From Candidatus Kuenenia stuttgartensis (GTDB lineage Bacteria; Planctomycetota; Brocadiia; Brocadiales; Brocadiaceae): 32,000 bases of DNA. The position numbers were made by a program, and so were the translations under genes. A model generated the notes under the pieces. It ran no database searches. It saw nothing but the letters and a program-made list of their open reading frames with translations, and was not told the DNA's origin. The DNA lies in contig NZ_LT934425.1 of NCBI RefSeq assembly GCF_900232105.1, positions 3,540,001-3,572,000 on the forward strand, read 5' to 3'. Shown here piece after piece: positions 1-9,540 of this stretch. Within the stretch, counting starts at the first letter, position 1. Each line of letters opens with the position of its first letter.

Positions 1-2
1 AT

Positions 3-632
3 GCATTCATATCACGATTCGACAGCTCACTTTCGGTAAGCGGGGAAGTAACTACGGGCGAGGCGTCATATATAACCGTTGAATCGGCTACATTGCACGG
101 GACAATTAATGCCGCCGGACTGTCAACGATAGCATGGTTTGAGTATGGAACGGTGAGCGGTTCTTATGATAATACAACAGAAGAACTAACGGTTGGCGGA
201 TATGAGGATGTTTCTATAAATAGTAGTGTCAGTAGCCTGAGTTTCAGTACAACGTATTATTACCGGCTGGTAGCAAAAAACAGCGTTGGGACGTTATACG
301 GAAGTGAAATGTCATTCAAAACATCAGCGCAGTGTAAGAGAGAGACTGTATCTGCGGATCAGCAGATTATGGAAATTGCCCGCACTTCTTCCGCACCGGT
401 TACGATAACAGTTGCATGTAATGGTGGCGACCCTCGCTATGGTGTGCTGCTAATCTGGGAAATCATAAAGGGTGGAAACAATATTTCCATATCTCCCGAA
501 AATGCAATCACAGATGATAATGGACAGGCTGTGTTTACGATTGAGGGCGTAAAGAGAGGAAATGCAACGGCAAGGTTTGTGTCAAGCGACTCAAATAGTA
601 AGGCAAAAGTTAAAGTAAGAGTAACTCGATAG
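3..632 (+). CDS. Partial CDS (5' end outside window): Fn3-like repeat plus Ig-like (Big) C-terminal domain surface/extracellular protein
   Basis: The reading frame stays open upstream of the supplied ORF start, to the window edge (..SSLSVSGEVTTGEASYITVESATLHGTINAAG..). The text 'ATLHGTINAAGLSTIAWFEYGT...YYYRLVAKNSVGTLYGSEMSFKT' is typical of Fn3-like repeats, followed by an Ig-like domain 'ITDDNGQAVFTIEGVKRGNATARFVS'. Confidence 0.7.
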   Translation, partial: AFISRFDSSLSVSGEVTTGEASYITVESATLHGTINAAGLSTIAWFEYGTVSGSYDNTTEELTVGGYEDVSINSSVSSLSFSTTYYYRLVAKNSVGTLYGSEMSFKTSAQCKRETVSADQQIMEIARTSSAPVTITVACNGGDPRYGVLLIWEIIKGGNNISISPENAITDDNGQAVFTIEGVKRGNATARFVSSDSNSKAKVKVRVTR

Positions 633-714
633 TGTAAGGTCAGAGGTCAGAAGTCAGAAGTCAGAGATCCATGTTTTTCGCGGACCTCCAACCTCCGGAT
701 GAAAGCGTAATTTT

Positions 715-1626
715 CTATTTTATCCCCAGTTTAAACTTCAAAGACCTGAGGGTATTTCTCATAAGCATTGTAATGGTCATAGGGCCTACTCCTCCGGGAA
801 CAGGGGTAATAAATCCTGCAATTTCACTCGCCGCTTCAAAATCAACATCTCCTTTTAAAAGAGCAACCATCTTGTTTGGGTCGTTCTTGCTGGGTTTTTC
901 GCCTACCCTGTTCACCCCCACATCAATTACACACGCGCCAGGTTTAATCCATTCAGGTTTTACCAGTCCGGGAACTCCTGCGGCAACAATAAGGACGTCT
1001 GCGCGTTTGCAGTGTTCCGCCATATTTCTTGTTTGTGTATGGACTATTGTTACCGTAGCGTCCGCCCCTTTCCCTTTCTGAAGCATCATATTCGCGATTG
1101 GTTTTCCCACAATGTTAGAACGCCCAACCACAACCACCTCAGCGCCGCGGGTTTCAACGCCAGACCGTACAATCAATTCCTGAATGCCGGCGGGGGTGCA
1201 GGGCGGGAATTTTACCTCATTGCCTCCGATCATAAGACGTCCGACATTTACAGGATGAAACCCATCAACATCCTTGTCCGGATCAATGGCATTAAGCACC
1301 TTCTTTTCATCAATATGTTTCGGGAGTGGAAGCTGTACAAGGATGCCGTGAATTGAATCGTCGTGGTTGTACTTTTCAATAAGGGCGAGAAGGTCCTTTT
1401 CTGAAATATCCGCCGGTTGTGAATCCTGCACCTCTTTAAAACCAACCCGGTGAGCGGTTTTGATTTTTAAGGTTACATACGACATGGATGCCGGGTTTTC
1501 TCCGACAAGGATTGTTACCAGGCCTGGAACAACGCCGTGTTTCTTCTTTATTTCCGCTACTTCACCGGTAATTTCCTCTAATATTTGTTCACCAATCTCT
1601 GTACCTTTAATTAATTTTGCGGACAT
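715..1626 (-). CDS. folD: Bifunctional methylenetetrahydrofolate dehydrogenase / methenyltetrahydrofolate cyclohydrolase
   Basis: 303 aa. Motifs 'SYVTLKIKTAHRVGF', 'GILVQLPLPKHI', 'DKDVDGFHPVNVGRL', 'PPCTPAGI', 'VVVGRSNIVGKP' and 'FITPVPGGVGPMTITML' are FolD signatures. Confidence 0.97.
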   Translation of the reverse strand: MSAKLIKGTEIGEQILEEITGEVAEIKKKHGVVPGLVTILVGENPASMSYVTLKIKTAHRVGFKEVQDSQPADISEKDLLALIEKYNHDDSIHGILVQLPLPKHIDEKKVLNAIDPDKDVDGFHPVNVGRLMIGGNEVKFPPCTPAGIQELIVRSGVETRGAEVVVVGRSNIVGKPIANMMLQKGKGADATVTIVHTQTRNMAEHCKRADVLIVAAGVPGLVKPEWIKPGACVIDVGVNRVGEKPSKNDPNKMVALLKGDVDFEAASEIAGFITPVPGGVGPMTITMLMRNTLRSLKFKLGIK

Positions 1627-2105
1627 GACAATACACTCTCCTTTCAGCTATATACAATAAAAAACAAGTTTTAACTTTTAAAAAACTAAAGCGTTACAAA
1701 TACTGTGAATCCTGAACCCGCCTTGAATATCTCATTGATTTTACAGTGGTTATAATGCGTTTGCACTGCAAAATGACACAACAGGTTCTTTTTTGAGGAG
1801 TTAGAATGATAGTAAAACACACAGGGAAATACAACTTTTTTTCGCCATTTTTCTGTGATTTACAACGTCAGATATTCAATGTATGGAAAAACACGTGTTT
1901 CAGCAAAGCCGGTGAGGGAATCAATCTGCCGTAAGGTGGGTGAGACGAATAAAGTGGATTATTTTAAGCTGCGGTTCGATTCTTGACAAGGGGGTATCTT
2001 AAATGTACAGTAGGTCGCATTTGTTCCATAATAAACGTATAGGAATTTCAATATTTTTCCTCCCGTTACAAAGCTCCAGCTTGGGAACGGGATTTGTCGA
2101 GAAGC

Positions 2106-2165
2106 TTCGTCTTAGACGTAGTTATGCCTGAGAAAAATGGCAAAGAAGTATATGAAATCATGTGT
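2106..2165 (+). pseudogene. Apparent short remnant of a response-regulator receiver domain
   Basis: Translation in the frame of the 2094 ORF gives 'SFVLDVVMPEKNGKEVYEIM', matching the phospho-Asp region of receiver domains. It is followed by unrelated sequence, then an RBS and the next gene's real start. Confidence 0.4.
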
Positions 2166-2201
2166 GGTTCAATTATTAAAAATTTATTATTGGGAGGTAG
2201 T

Positions 2202-2966
2202 ATGATGAGCATTCGTAAGATACTTTTTTATGCCTTTTTTGTTACCGTGTCTTTTCATGGTATGAATTCTTCTTTGTATGCTGCCGGTGGTTTGCCTTCC
2301 CATTCGGCATTAAAAGATGCGTTATCGGCGGTGGTAAAAGAAGACAACGGCGGCTTTGGTTTCAATATGTGGGCAACCGTTGTAGATCGGGACGGCTTTG
2401 TGAGAGTGGTGGTCTTCTCCGGAAATGAGAGAGGCGATCAGTGGCCCGGAAGCAGGGTTATTTCAGCACAAAAGGCAAACACTGCAAATGCGTTCAGTTT
2501 GCCCGGATTTGCATTATCGACTGCGAATCTTTTTTCTGCAGTTCAGCCTGGCGGCAGTTTGTTCGGGCTGCAGTTGAGTAATCCGGTTGATACAGAAACC
2601 GCCTACAGCGGGGCGCCGCAGAAATATGGAAAGGAAAACGACCCTATGGCTGGCAGGAGGATTGGCGGTATAAATGTGTTTGGAGGCGGACTGGCGCTTT
2701 ACAATAGTGAAGGTGTGCTGATTGGTGCATTGGGAGTGAGCGGAGATAGTTCCTGTGCTGACCATATTATTGCATGGAAAGTACGGCATGTCCTTATGCT
2801 GGACTATGTCCCCAAAGGTGTCAGCCCTTCCGGCGACGATAATATCATACATGACATAATTGCCGGGACAAGCCAAAGTGGCTGGGGGCATCCGGAATGT
2901 TCTCCGGAGGCAATGAAGATTGCGGAAAAATTGCCTAAAACACATCCTGTTCGTACAAAAAAATGA
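2202..2966 (+). CDS. Secreted GlcG/HbpS-like (haem-degrading/binding family) protein
   Basis: Start revised from 2094 to ATG at 2202 (or 2205), preceded by GGGAGGT. N-terminus 'MMSIRKILFYAFFVTVSFHGMNSSLYA' is a signal peptide. The body 'VVDRDGFVRVVVFSG...VISAQKANTANAFS...GGINVFGGGLALYNSEGVLIGALGVSGDSSCADH' fits the GlcG/HbpS family. Confidence 0.75.
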   Translation: MMSIRKILFYAFFVTVSFHGMNSSLYAAGGLPSHSALKDALSAVVKEDNGGFGFNMWATVVDRDGFVRVVVFSGNERGDQWPGSRVISAQKANTANAFSLPGFALSTANLFSAVQPGGSLFGLQLSNPVDTETAYSGAPQKYGKENDPMAGRRIGGINVFGGGLALYNSEGVLIGALGVSGDSSCADHIIAWKVRHVLMLDYVPKGVSPSGDDNIIHDIIAGTSQSGWGHPECSPEAMKIAEKLPKTHPVRTKK

Positions 2967-2972
2967 AATAGA

Positions 2973-3217
2973 GTAACAATTTAGTTTCTCGAAAAATGTA
3001 TTATCTATAAGCTCCATAGGAGCGAACTGTTTGTAGCAAGATAAGGATGAAGAGGTACTAGCTCCGTCAGGAGCGGCCTGTTTATCTATGAATCATACAC
3101 AGGCCGCTCCTGTGGAGCTATTTACTCTATTGAATTTTATTGAGCTACAAACAGACCACCCCTAACGGGGTTATATTGTTTTTTATATAGTGGCTTTTCA
3201 AAAAGCTAAATTGTTAC
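2973..3217. repeat. MITE-like element A (about 245 bp) with terminal inverted repeats and internal hairpins
   Basis: Left end GTAACAATTTAGTTTCTCGAAAAATGTA. The right end, reverse-complemented, reads GTAACAATTTAGCTTTTTGAAAAGCC. The interior contains AGCTCCGTCAGGAGCGGCCTGT...ACAGGCCGCTCCTGTGGAGCT and is homologous to the reverse complement of element B at 24196-24470. Confidence 0.75.
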
Positions 3218-3271
3218 AAAATAAATAATTTTTCAATGCAAAAATATCTCTTGAACTGCTTTTAAAGAAAG

Positions 3272-4798
3272 GTGTTATTTGTGATTATCAATGCGAAAAC
3301 AGGACATGCGGCAGATGAAACGGCGGAAATGTTAGTTTTTTATATGTACGAAGATAGCAAAAAGATACACGAGACATTAGAACCCTTCGATGTTTCATTC
3401 AACCATGCCATCTCTGAATTATTAAAAAATAAGGAATTTACCGTAAAGCTTAACAATCTCCGTGCCTTGCCTACCTATGGCAAATTTCCCTCCCAGTATG
3501 TCCTGCTTGTTGGTTTAGGGAAAAAAGAAGATATTACCTTTGACAAAATCAGACAGGCGTCCGGTACTTCCGTTAAAACCGCGCGTGATATGGGTATTAA
3601 GAAGGTGACAAGCGTAATGGATTCACTGGAAATCCTTGCAGAAAGGCTGGAAGAATGGTGCCAGTCCTTTACCGAAGGCGCTGTATTAGGGCTGTATCAA
3701 TTTAAAAAGTATAAACAAACAAAGCCGGAAGAAGAAAAGGAAGTCAGGGCGCTTACCCTTTTGGTATCTGATAAGAAAATCCTGACTCCGGTGAAGGAAG
3801 GCATAAAACGCGGACAGGTTATCGCAAATGCAGTTTCATTCGCCAGAGACCTGGTGAACACTCCCTCACAGGATAAAAATCCTACTATACTGTCGAATAT
3901 TGCAAAAAATATTGCAAAAGAGCAAGGCGTCTCATGCAAGATATTATCAACACCTGACCTTAAAAAACTCAGGATGGGAGGCATATTGGGTGTTGCCCAG
4001 GGCAGCACACAGCCCCCGAAATTCATCATACTGGAGTATAATCCGCAAAGCAAAAATCAGGACACTATTGTAATTGTCGGGAAAGGCATCACCTTTGATT
4101 CCGGGGGGATATGTCTGAAACCGGCAAAAAACATGGACCAGATGAAAAGCGATATGTCGGGAGGGGCAGCCGTACTGGGTGTTTTCAGCGCCCTTGCCAA
4201 ACTTAAGGTCACCCAGCGTATTGTAGGGCTTATTCCCTGTACGGAAAACATGCCGGGCGGCTCTGCAATTAAACCGGGTGATATTGTCACATTTCATTCC
4301 GGCAAAACTGCTGAGGTGGCAAATACCGACGCCGAAGGACGTCTGATCCTTGCCGATGCGCTTGCTTATGCTGAGAAATTTCATCCCGGTGCAGTAGTAG
4401 ATTTCGCAACGCTTACCGGAGCATGCGTAGTCGCTTTGGGCGGCATTGCAACAGGAATGCTGGGGAATAATGAAGAACTGAAAAACAGGATAAAAACCGC
4501 CGGAGAAAAATCATGGGAAAGGGTATGGGAACTCCCTCTCTGGGAAGAATACCAGGAATTCATTAAAAGCGATATTGCAGATATTAAAAATACGGGAGGC
4601 AGCGGCGCCGGCACGATAACTGCTGCCTGTTTTTTAAGTAAGTTTACGGAGAAATATCCCTGGGTACACCTTGATATCGCAGGAACCTCCTGGGCGGAGA
4701 AAAATAACGCCTACATGCAAAAAGGGGCAACGGGAGTAGGTGTTATGCTGATGCTTGAGTTATTGAAGGACTGGAAGAAGTTTACGAAAGAAAAATGA
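3272..4798 (+). CDS. pepA: Leucyl aminopeptidase (M17 family)
   Basis: 508 aa with GTG start. Motifs 'VGKGITFDSGGICLKPAKNMDQMKSDMSGGAAVLG' and 'VANTDAEGRLILADAL'. Confidence 0.95.
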   Translation: MLFVIINAKTGHAADETAEMLVFYMYEDSKKIHETLEPFDVSFNHAISELLKNKEFTVKLNNLRALPTYGKFPSQYVLLVGLGKKEDITFDKIRQASGTSVKTARDMGIKKVTSVMDSLEILAERLEEWCQSFTEGAVLGLYQFKKYKQTKPEEEKEVRALTLLVSDKKILTPVKEGIKRGQVIANAVSFARDLVNTPSQDKNPTILSNIAKNIAKEQGVSCKILSTPDLKKLRMGGILGVAQGSTQPPKFIILEYNPQSKNQDTIVIVGKGITFDSGGICLKPAKNMDQMKSDMSGGAAVLGVFSALAKLKVTQRIVGLIPCTENMPGGSAIKPGDIVTFHSGKTAEVANTDAEGRLILADALAYAEKFHPGAVVDFATLTGACVVALGGIATGMLGNNEELKNRIKTAGEKSWERVWELPLWEEYQEFIKSDIADIKNTGGSGAGTITAACFLSKFTEKYPWVHLDIAGTSWAEKNNAYMQKGATGVGVMLMLELLKDWKKFTKEK

Positions 4799-7620
4799 CC
4801 ACAAAAGAAAACGGCAACTCCATTATCATCCGGGGGGCAAGAGAACATAACCTTAAAGGTATAAATGTGGACATACCGCGGGATCACATTACCGTTATTA
4901 CCGGCATAAGCGGTTCCGGAAAGTCATCCCTTGCCTTTGACACGATTTACGCGGAAGGGCAGCGGCGCTACATCGAGAGTCTTTCCTCGTATGCCCGTCA
5001 ATTTCTTGACCAGATTCAAAAACCCGACGTCGAACTTATTGAAGGGTTGCCGCCAACGATTGCCATTGAACAGCGCACCTGTCCCTCAAGCCCGCGTTCA
5101 ACCGTGGCGACAATAACGGAAATCTACGATTATATGCGCCTGCTCTACGCAAAAACAGGCACCCCTTATTGCTGTCTCTGCAACTGCGTAATCGCCCGCC
5201 AAAGTATTGAACAAATACAGCAGAAAATCATGGAAATCCCCCAGAAATCAAGGATTATGCTCCTTGCGCCGCTTGTGATAGGGAAAAAAGGTGAACATCG
5301 GGAAATATTTCAATCGCTCTTACAAAAGGGGTTCGTAAGCGCACGGGTTGACGGCTCGGTCACTGACCTTGACGTCATCCCGAAACTGGCACGTTATAAA
5401 GCCCATGATATTTACGCAATTGTGGATAAACTCATTATAAAAGAAGGCGTCCAGTCACGGCTTCACCATTCCATTGAAACATGCCTCACTCTTGGCAATG
5501 GAGTGATGGTTGTAAGCGAAGAAAAGAAGAAACGTTGGAAAGACACGATCTTCAGCGAACGGTACGCCTGTCCCAATTGCGGCAAGGGATATGAAGAACC
5601 GGCCCCGCGCCTGTTTTCATTTAATAGTCCCTATGGCGCATGCCAGGGATGTGACGGACTCGGAAGTACCCTTGATTTTGATCCGGAATTAATTATTAAA
5701 GATAAGCATCTGAGCATTAAAGAGGGGGCAATTGACGCCTGGAACAATTGGGGTTCTCTTACACAGACAATTTATGATGATCACATCAAAACATTTACAG
5801 AAATGTATTCCATTTCACCTGCTACATCTTTCGCCAATCTGCCGGAAAAGGTTTCTCACGCATTGCTTTACGGGTCTGCGGATTTCGAGGGGGTTATTCC
5901 TGATCTGCACCGGATCTACAAAAAAACCACCTCTGAACGTGTTTTGAAGCGTCTCTCCGGTTACATGAGCTACAGAACGTGCTCACTGTGCAATGGCGCA
6001 CGATTAAGGCCGGAGGCGCTTGCAGTAAAAATCAGTAACACCTCTATCCATGAAATCATGACATTCACTGTAGAGGAGGCGCTTGCATTTTTCAAAACGC
6101 TGACGTTCTCAGGACGACAGGCCGTTATTTCCAAACAACTGCTGAAAGAAATTCAAAGCAGGCTTCAGTTCATGATGGAGGTTGGGCTGCACTATCTTGC
6201 CCTTGGACGCAGCAGCGATACCCTTTCCGGGGGAGAAGCGCAAAGAACCCAACTGGCAAAACAGGTAGGAACGGGGCTTGTTGGTGTGTGCTACGTGCTG
6301 GATGAACCCACAATAGGCCTTCATCCGAGGGATAACGAACGACTCCAGAAAACCCTGTACGCCCTGAAAGAAAACGGAAACACGGTAATTCTTGTCGAGC
6401 ATGACGAATACACAATTCGTCATGCTGATTACATCATCGACCTTGGGCCAAAAGCGGGAGAGCAGGGGGGGCGTATCGTAGCGCAAGGGACATTGAAGGA
6501 AATTCTCAGCAATCCTGACTCCATAACCGGCCGTTATCTGTGCCATTCACCGGAAACAATCACTACGCATAAAAGAAAAAAATACAATCTGAAACACGCC
6601 CTGGAAATTAAAGGTGCATGTGCCAATAACCTGAAGACAATCTCGGTAAAAATCCCTTTAAAGGTTTTCTGTTGCATCACCGGCGTATCAGGTTCAGGCA
6701 AGAGCACACTTGTTCACGACGTCCTGTACCGCGCCCTTACAAAAGCCCTGCACGGCGGCCATACCCTCCCCGGGAAACACGAAAAAATTACCGGCATCAG
6801 GCATATTGACAAGGTTATTGAAATTGACCAGTCTCCCATAGGGCGCACGCCACGTTCAAATCCGGCGACGTATACAAAGGTGTTTGACCCAATTCGCGCC
6901 CTCTTTGCGCAAACACAGTCGGCAAAGATACGCGGTTATACCGCGGCAAGATACAGCTTCAACATCAGCGGTGGGCGCTGTGAGGCATGCAAGGGACAGG
7001 GCACAAAAAAAATGGAAATGCATTTTCTGCCCGATACCTATGTTATTTGTGATGAATGCAATGGAAAGCGGTACACCACTGCAACGTTGGAAACCATGTA
7101 TAAAGGGAAAAATATATCCGAGGTGCTTGAAATGAGAATAGAAGATGCGCATTTTTTTTTTGCCGCTGTTCCCAGGATAGAAAGGGTTTTACGCACACTC
7201 AAGGACGTCGGGCTGGGATATATAAAACTGGGGCAGTCAAGCACGTCCCTTTCCGGAGGGGAAGCTCAAAGAATCAAGCTTGCCACGGAGCTTTCCAGGA
7301 GAGAAACAGGAAAGACCCTTTATATCCTTGATGAACCGACAACCGGTTTGCATATGGCAGACATACAACAATTACTGAAAATATTGCATCAGCTTGTTGA
7401 TTTGGGGAATTCCGTGCTTGTCATAGAACATAATCATGAGGTTATTAAAGCGGCGGACTACATTATCGATCTGGGGCCTGAAGGGGGTGCAAAAGGAGGT
7501 GAAATTGTCGCGGCAGGAACGCCGGAGGAAATAGCAGAAACAAAAGAATCCTATACCGGAAGATATTTAAAAGAATTTATGACAAAGCAAGTTCTCAATG
7601 TAGGAAATTTAGAATGCTAA
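4795..7620 (+). CDS. uvrA: Excinuclease ABC subunit A
   Basis: 941 aa. Contains 'GSGKSSLAFDTIYAEGQRRYIESLSSYARQFL', two ABC signatures ('TLSGGEAQRTQLAKQVG', 'SLSGGEAQRIKLATEL'), and zinc-finger Cys pairs. Its start overlaps the pepA stop by 4 nt (ATGA). Confidence 0.98.
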   Translation: MTTKENGNSIIIRGAREHNLKGINVDIPRDHITVITGISGSGKSSLAFDTIYAEGQRRYIESLSSYARQFLDQIQKPDVELIEGLPPTIAIEQRTCPSSPRSTVATITEIYDYMRLLYAKTGTPYCCLCNCVIARQSIEQIQQKIMEIPQKSRIMLLAPLVIGKKGEHREIFQSLLQKGFVSARVDGSVTDLDVIPKLARYKAHDIYAIVDKLIIKEGVQSRLHHSIETCLTLGNGVMVVSEEKKKRWKDTIFSERYACPNCGKGYEEPAPRLFSFNSPYGACQGCDGLGSTLDFDPELIIKDKHLSIKEGAIDAWNNWGSLTQTIYDDHIKTFTEMYSISPATSFANLPEKVSHALLYGSADFEGVIPDLHRIYKKTTSERVLKRLSGYMSYRTCSLCNGARLRPEALAVKISNTSIHEIMTFTVEEALAFFKTLTFSGRQAVISKQLLKEIQSRLQFMMEVGLHYLALGRSSDTLSGGEAQRTQLAKQVGTGLVGVCYVLDEPTIGLHPRDNERLQKTLYALKENGNTVILVEHDEYTIRHADYIIDLGPKAGEQGGRIVAQGTLKEILSNPDSITGRYLCHSPETITTHKRKKYNLKHALEIKGACANNLKTISVKIPLKVFCCITGVSGSGKSTLVHDVLYRALTKALHGGHTLPGKHEKITGIRHIDKVIEIDQSPIGRTPRSNPATYTKVFDPIRALFAQTQSAKIRGYTAARYSFNISGGRCEACKGQGTKKMEMHFLPDTYVICDECNGKRYTTATLETMYKGKNISEVLEMRIEDAHFFFAAVPRIERVLRTLKDVGLGYIKLGQSSTSLSGGEAQRIKLATELSRRETGKTLYILDEPTTGLHMADIQQLLKILHQLVDLGNSVLVIEHNHEVIKAADYIIDLGPEGGAKGGEIVAAGTPEEIAETKESYTGRYLKEFMTKQVLNVGNLEC

Positions 7621-7643
7621 TTAACCACAAATGAAACACATTC

Positions 7644-7704
7644 GCGGGTTCACTCATTAGAAGGCTTTTGTCAAGGACAAAAGCCTTCTAATGAGTGAAC
7701 CCGC
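7644..7704. terminator. Perfect 29-bp stem / 3-nt loop hairpin downstream of uvrA
   Basis: GCGGGTTCACTCATTAGAAGGCTTTTGTC (7644-7672), loop AAG, GACAAAAGCCTTCTAATGAGTGAACCCGC (7676-7704). The arms are exact reverse complements. It lies between the convergent ends of uvrA and gspE. Confidence 0.55.
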
Positions 7705-7708
7705 TGGG

Positions 7709-7789
7709 AATTAACTGCTAATGGACGCAAATAAACGCTAATATGAGTTTTTTTTATTCGCGTCTATTTGCGTCCATTAGCAGTTAATT
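7709..7789. terminator. Second hairpin, 34-nt arms (2 mismatches) with T-rich loop, between convergent genes
   Basis: AATTAACTGCTAATGGACGCAAATAAACGCTAAT (7709-7742) pairs with ATTCGCGTCTATTTGCGTCCATTAGCAGTTAATT (7756-7789). Confidence 0.5.
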
Positions 7790-7816
7790 ATTCGATATTC
7801 GACTACCAATTGCCGA

Positions 7817-9493
7817 CTACCCGTTTTCCGTATCAGAAGAGACCCTGAGTAGTTCCTCCAGGGTGGTCTCTCCCCTTCGAACCAGATCCAGCCCGTCATC
7901 CCATAACGTTTTTGTCCCTTTTTTCACGGCTTCTTTCATTATTTCACTTGAGTCTTTGTGGGCTAAAACGAGTCTTCGAATGCCTTCATCCACTACAAGA
8001 AACTCTGCAATTGTCCTTCTTCCCTTCAACCCCGTATTATTACAATCATCACACCCCTTTGGGCCATACAGGGGGACGCCTTCTTCTAGCCCAACCGTCT
8101 TGCGGATCTCCGGCCCCGGCATATACAACTCCCGGCATTTCGGGCATAGCCTGCGAACAAGCCTTTGGGCAAGCACGCCAATAAGGCACGATGAAATCAG
8201 GTAATCCTCTACTCCCATATCCATCAACCGGGTAAAGGCAGAAGCCGAATCATTTGTGTGAAGTGTTGAAAACACGAGGTGTCCGGTCAAAGAGGCCTGG
8301 ACAGCGATTGACGCCGTTTCGCGATCCCTGATCTCGCCGATCAAAACAACATCCGGATCATGGCGTAAAATTGAACGCAGCCCTGACGCAAACGTCAGGT
8401 CGATCTGGGGGTTTACCTGTATCTGGTTTACGCCCTGCATACTGTATTCTACCGGATCTTCTACGGTTATTATCTTCACTTCAGGGGAAACGATCTCCTT
8501 GAGAACGGCATACAGTGTGGTTGTCTTTCCGCTTCCTGTTGGGCCTGTCACAAGAAACATGCCTTCCGGCCTGCTGATCAGCCTCCGGAATTTCTTTAAA
8601 AATTCAGGTTGAAATCCCAGCGTTTCCAGATCCAGCATTACGGCAGTACGGTCCAGAATCCTCATTACAATACCTTCGCCATGACTCATAGGGATAATGG
8701 ACACACGTAAATCAATCTCCTTGCCTGCAACCCTCATTCTTATCCTGCCGTCCTGCGGCAGCCGTTTTTCGGCAATATTTAACTTTGCCATAATCTTGAT
8801 ACGTGAAACAATTGAGTTATACAACTCGCGGGGCGGGGGGGCAAGCTCACCCAGGACGCCGTCCACCCGGTAACGCAGCCGGGTATTTCTCTCAAAAACT
8901 TCAATATGTATATCGCTGGCGCCTACTTCAATTGCTTTTGTCAGGATGCTGTTTACCAGGCGGATAACGGGCGCTTCGGAGGCCATATCACGCAATTGTT
9001 CTATGTCTTCCATCATCTCAACAGATGAAGCCATAGCATCTTCCTCTTCTTCGCTCACCCCGGTTTCATAGAGTTTTTCCAGAGAACTAATGATATCTCT
9101 TTCTGTTCCGGCAAAGACCCTTACCTCCCTGCCGGTTGACAATGCAATTGCTTCAATCAGCAGCGTATCCTGCGGATCTGCAAGCGCGATATCTAGTACG
9201 TTTTCATCGAGGCTTAAAGGAAGCACCCGGTTTGTGGTCAAAAACACCTTCGGCACATTTTCCAGCATCGGATATGTATCCGTCTTCTTTTTTTCCCAAA
9301 CCGGTATTTCCAGCAACCTGCTGTATGCGAGGCGCAGGTCTTCTTCTGAAACGGTTCCAAGGTCAATGAGTATACGGCCAAGCTTTTGTCCCGTCTGCTT
9401 CTGCGCTTCAAATGCCCGCTCTAAGTCCTGACGGTTTATCTTGCCTATTTCAAGAAGTACCTCTCCGACATTATTGTCCGTTGCCAACACCAT
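7817..9493 (-). CDS. gspE: Type II secretion system / type IV pilus assembly ATPase
   Basis: 558 aa. Walker A 'GPTGSGKTTTLYAVL', 'ITVEDPVEY', 'GLRSILRHDPDVVLIGEIRDRETASIAVQASLTGHLVFSTLHTNDS', 'CPKC...C..C' zinc module, and an N-terminal MshEN-like domain. Confidence 0.93.
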   Translation of the reverse strand: MVLATDNNVGEVLLEIGKINRQDLERAFEAQKQTGQKLGRILIDLGTVSEEDLRLAYSRLLEIPVWEKKKTDTYPMLENVPKVFLTTNRVLPLSLDENVLDIALADPQDTLLIEAIALSTGREVRVFAGTERDIISSLEKLYETGVSEEEEDAMASSVEMMEDIEQLRDMASEAPVIRLVNSILTKAIEVGASDIHIEVFERNTRLRYRVDGVLGELAPPPRELYNSIVSRIKIMAKLNIAEKRLPQDGRIRMRVAGKEIDLRVSIIPMSHGEGIVMRILDRTAVMLDLETLGFQPEFLKKFRRLISRPEGMFLVTGPTGSGKTTTLYAVLKEIVSPEVKIITVEDPVEYSMQGVNQIQVNPQIDLTFASGLRSILRHDPDVVLIGEIRDRETASIAVQASLTGHLVFSTLHTNDSASAFTRLMDMGVEDYLISSCLIGVLAQRLVRRLCPKCRELYMPGPEIRKTVGLEEGVPLYGPKGCDDCNNTGLKGRRTIAEFLVVDEGIRRLVLAHKDSSEIMKEAVKKGTKTLWDDGLDLVRRGETTLEELLRVSSDTENG

Positions 9494-9540
9494 ACTTTAT
9501 TATTCTCTCCTGCAAAAACACCTTTGTGGGCTTAAATTTG

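Noticed and set aside
671-1081. 136-aa plus-strand ORF overlapping folD
   Set aside because: Antisense shadow of a confidently identified folD gene.
2514-3017. 167-aa minus-strand ORF opposite the GlcG/HbpS-like gene
   Set aside because: Antisense shadow. It extends into the TIR of element A and has no protein-like features.
3055-3165. Possible CRISPR array from repeated GGAGCGGCCTGT / AGCTCC strings
   Set aside because: The repeated strings are inverted, not regularly spaced direct repeats, and the same layout recurs inside element B. Nested hairpins explain it and no cas genes are present.
3697-4384. Minus-strand ORFs opposite pepA (118 and 145 aa)
   Set aside because: Overlap a well-supported pepA coding region and have no plausible family similarity.
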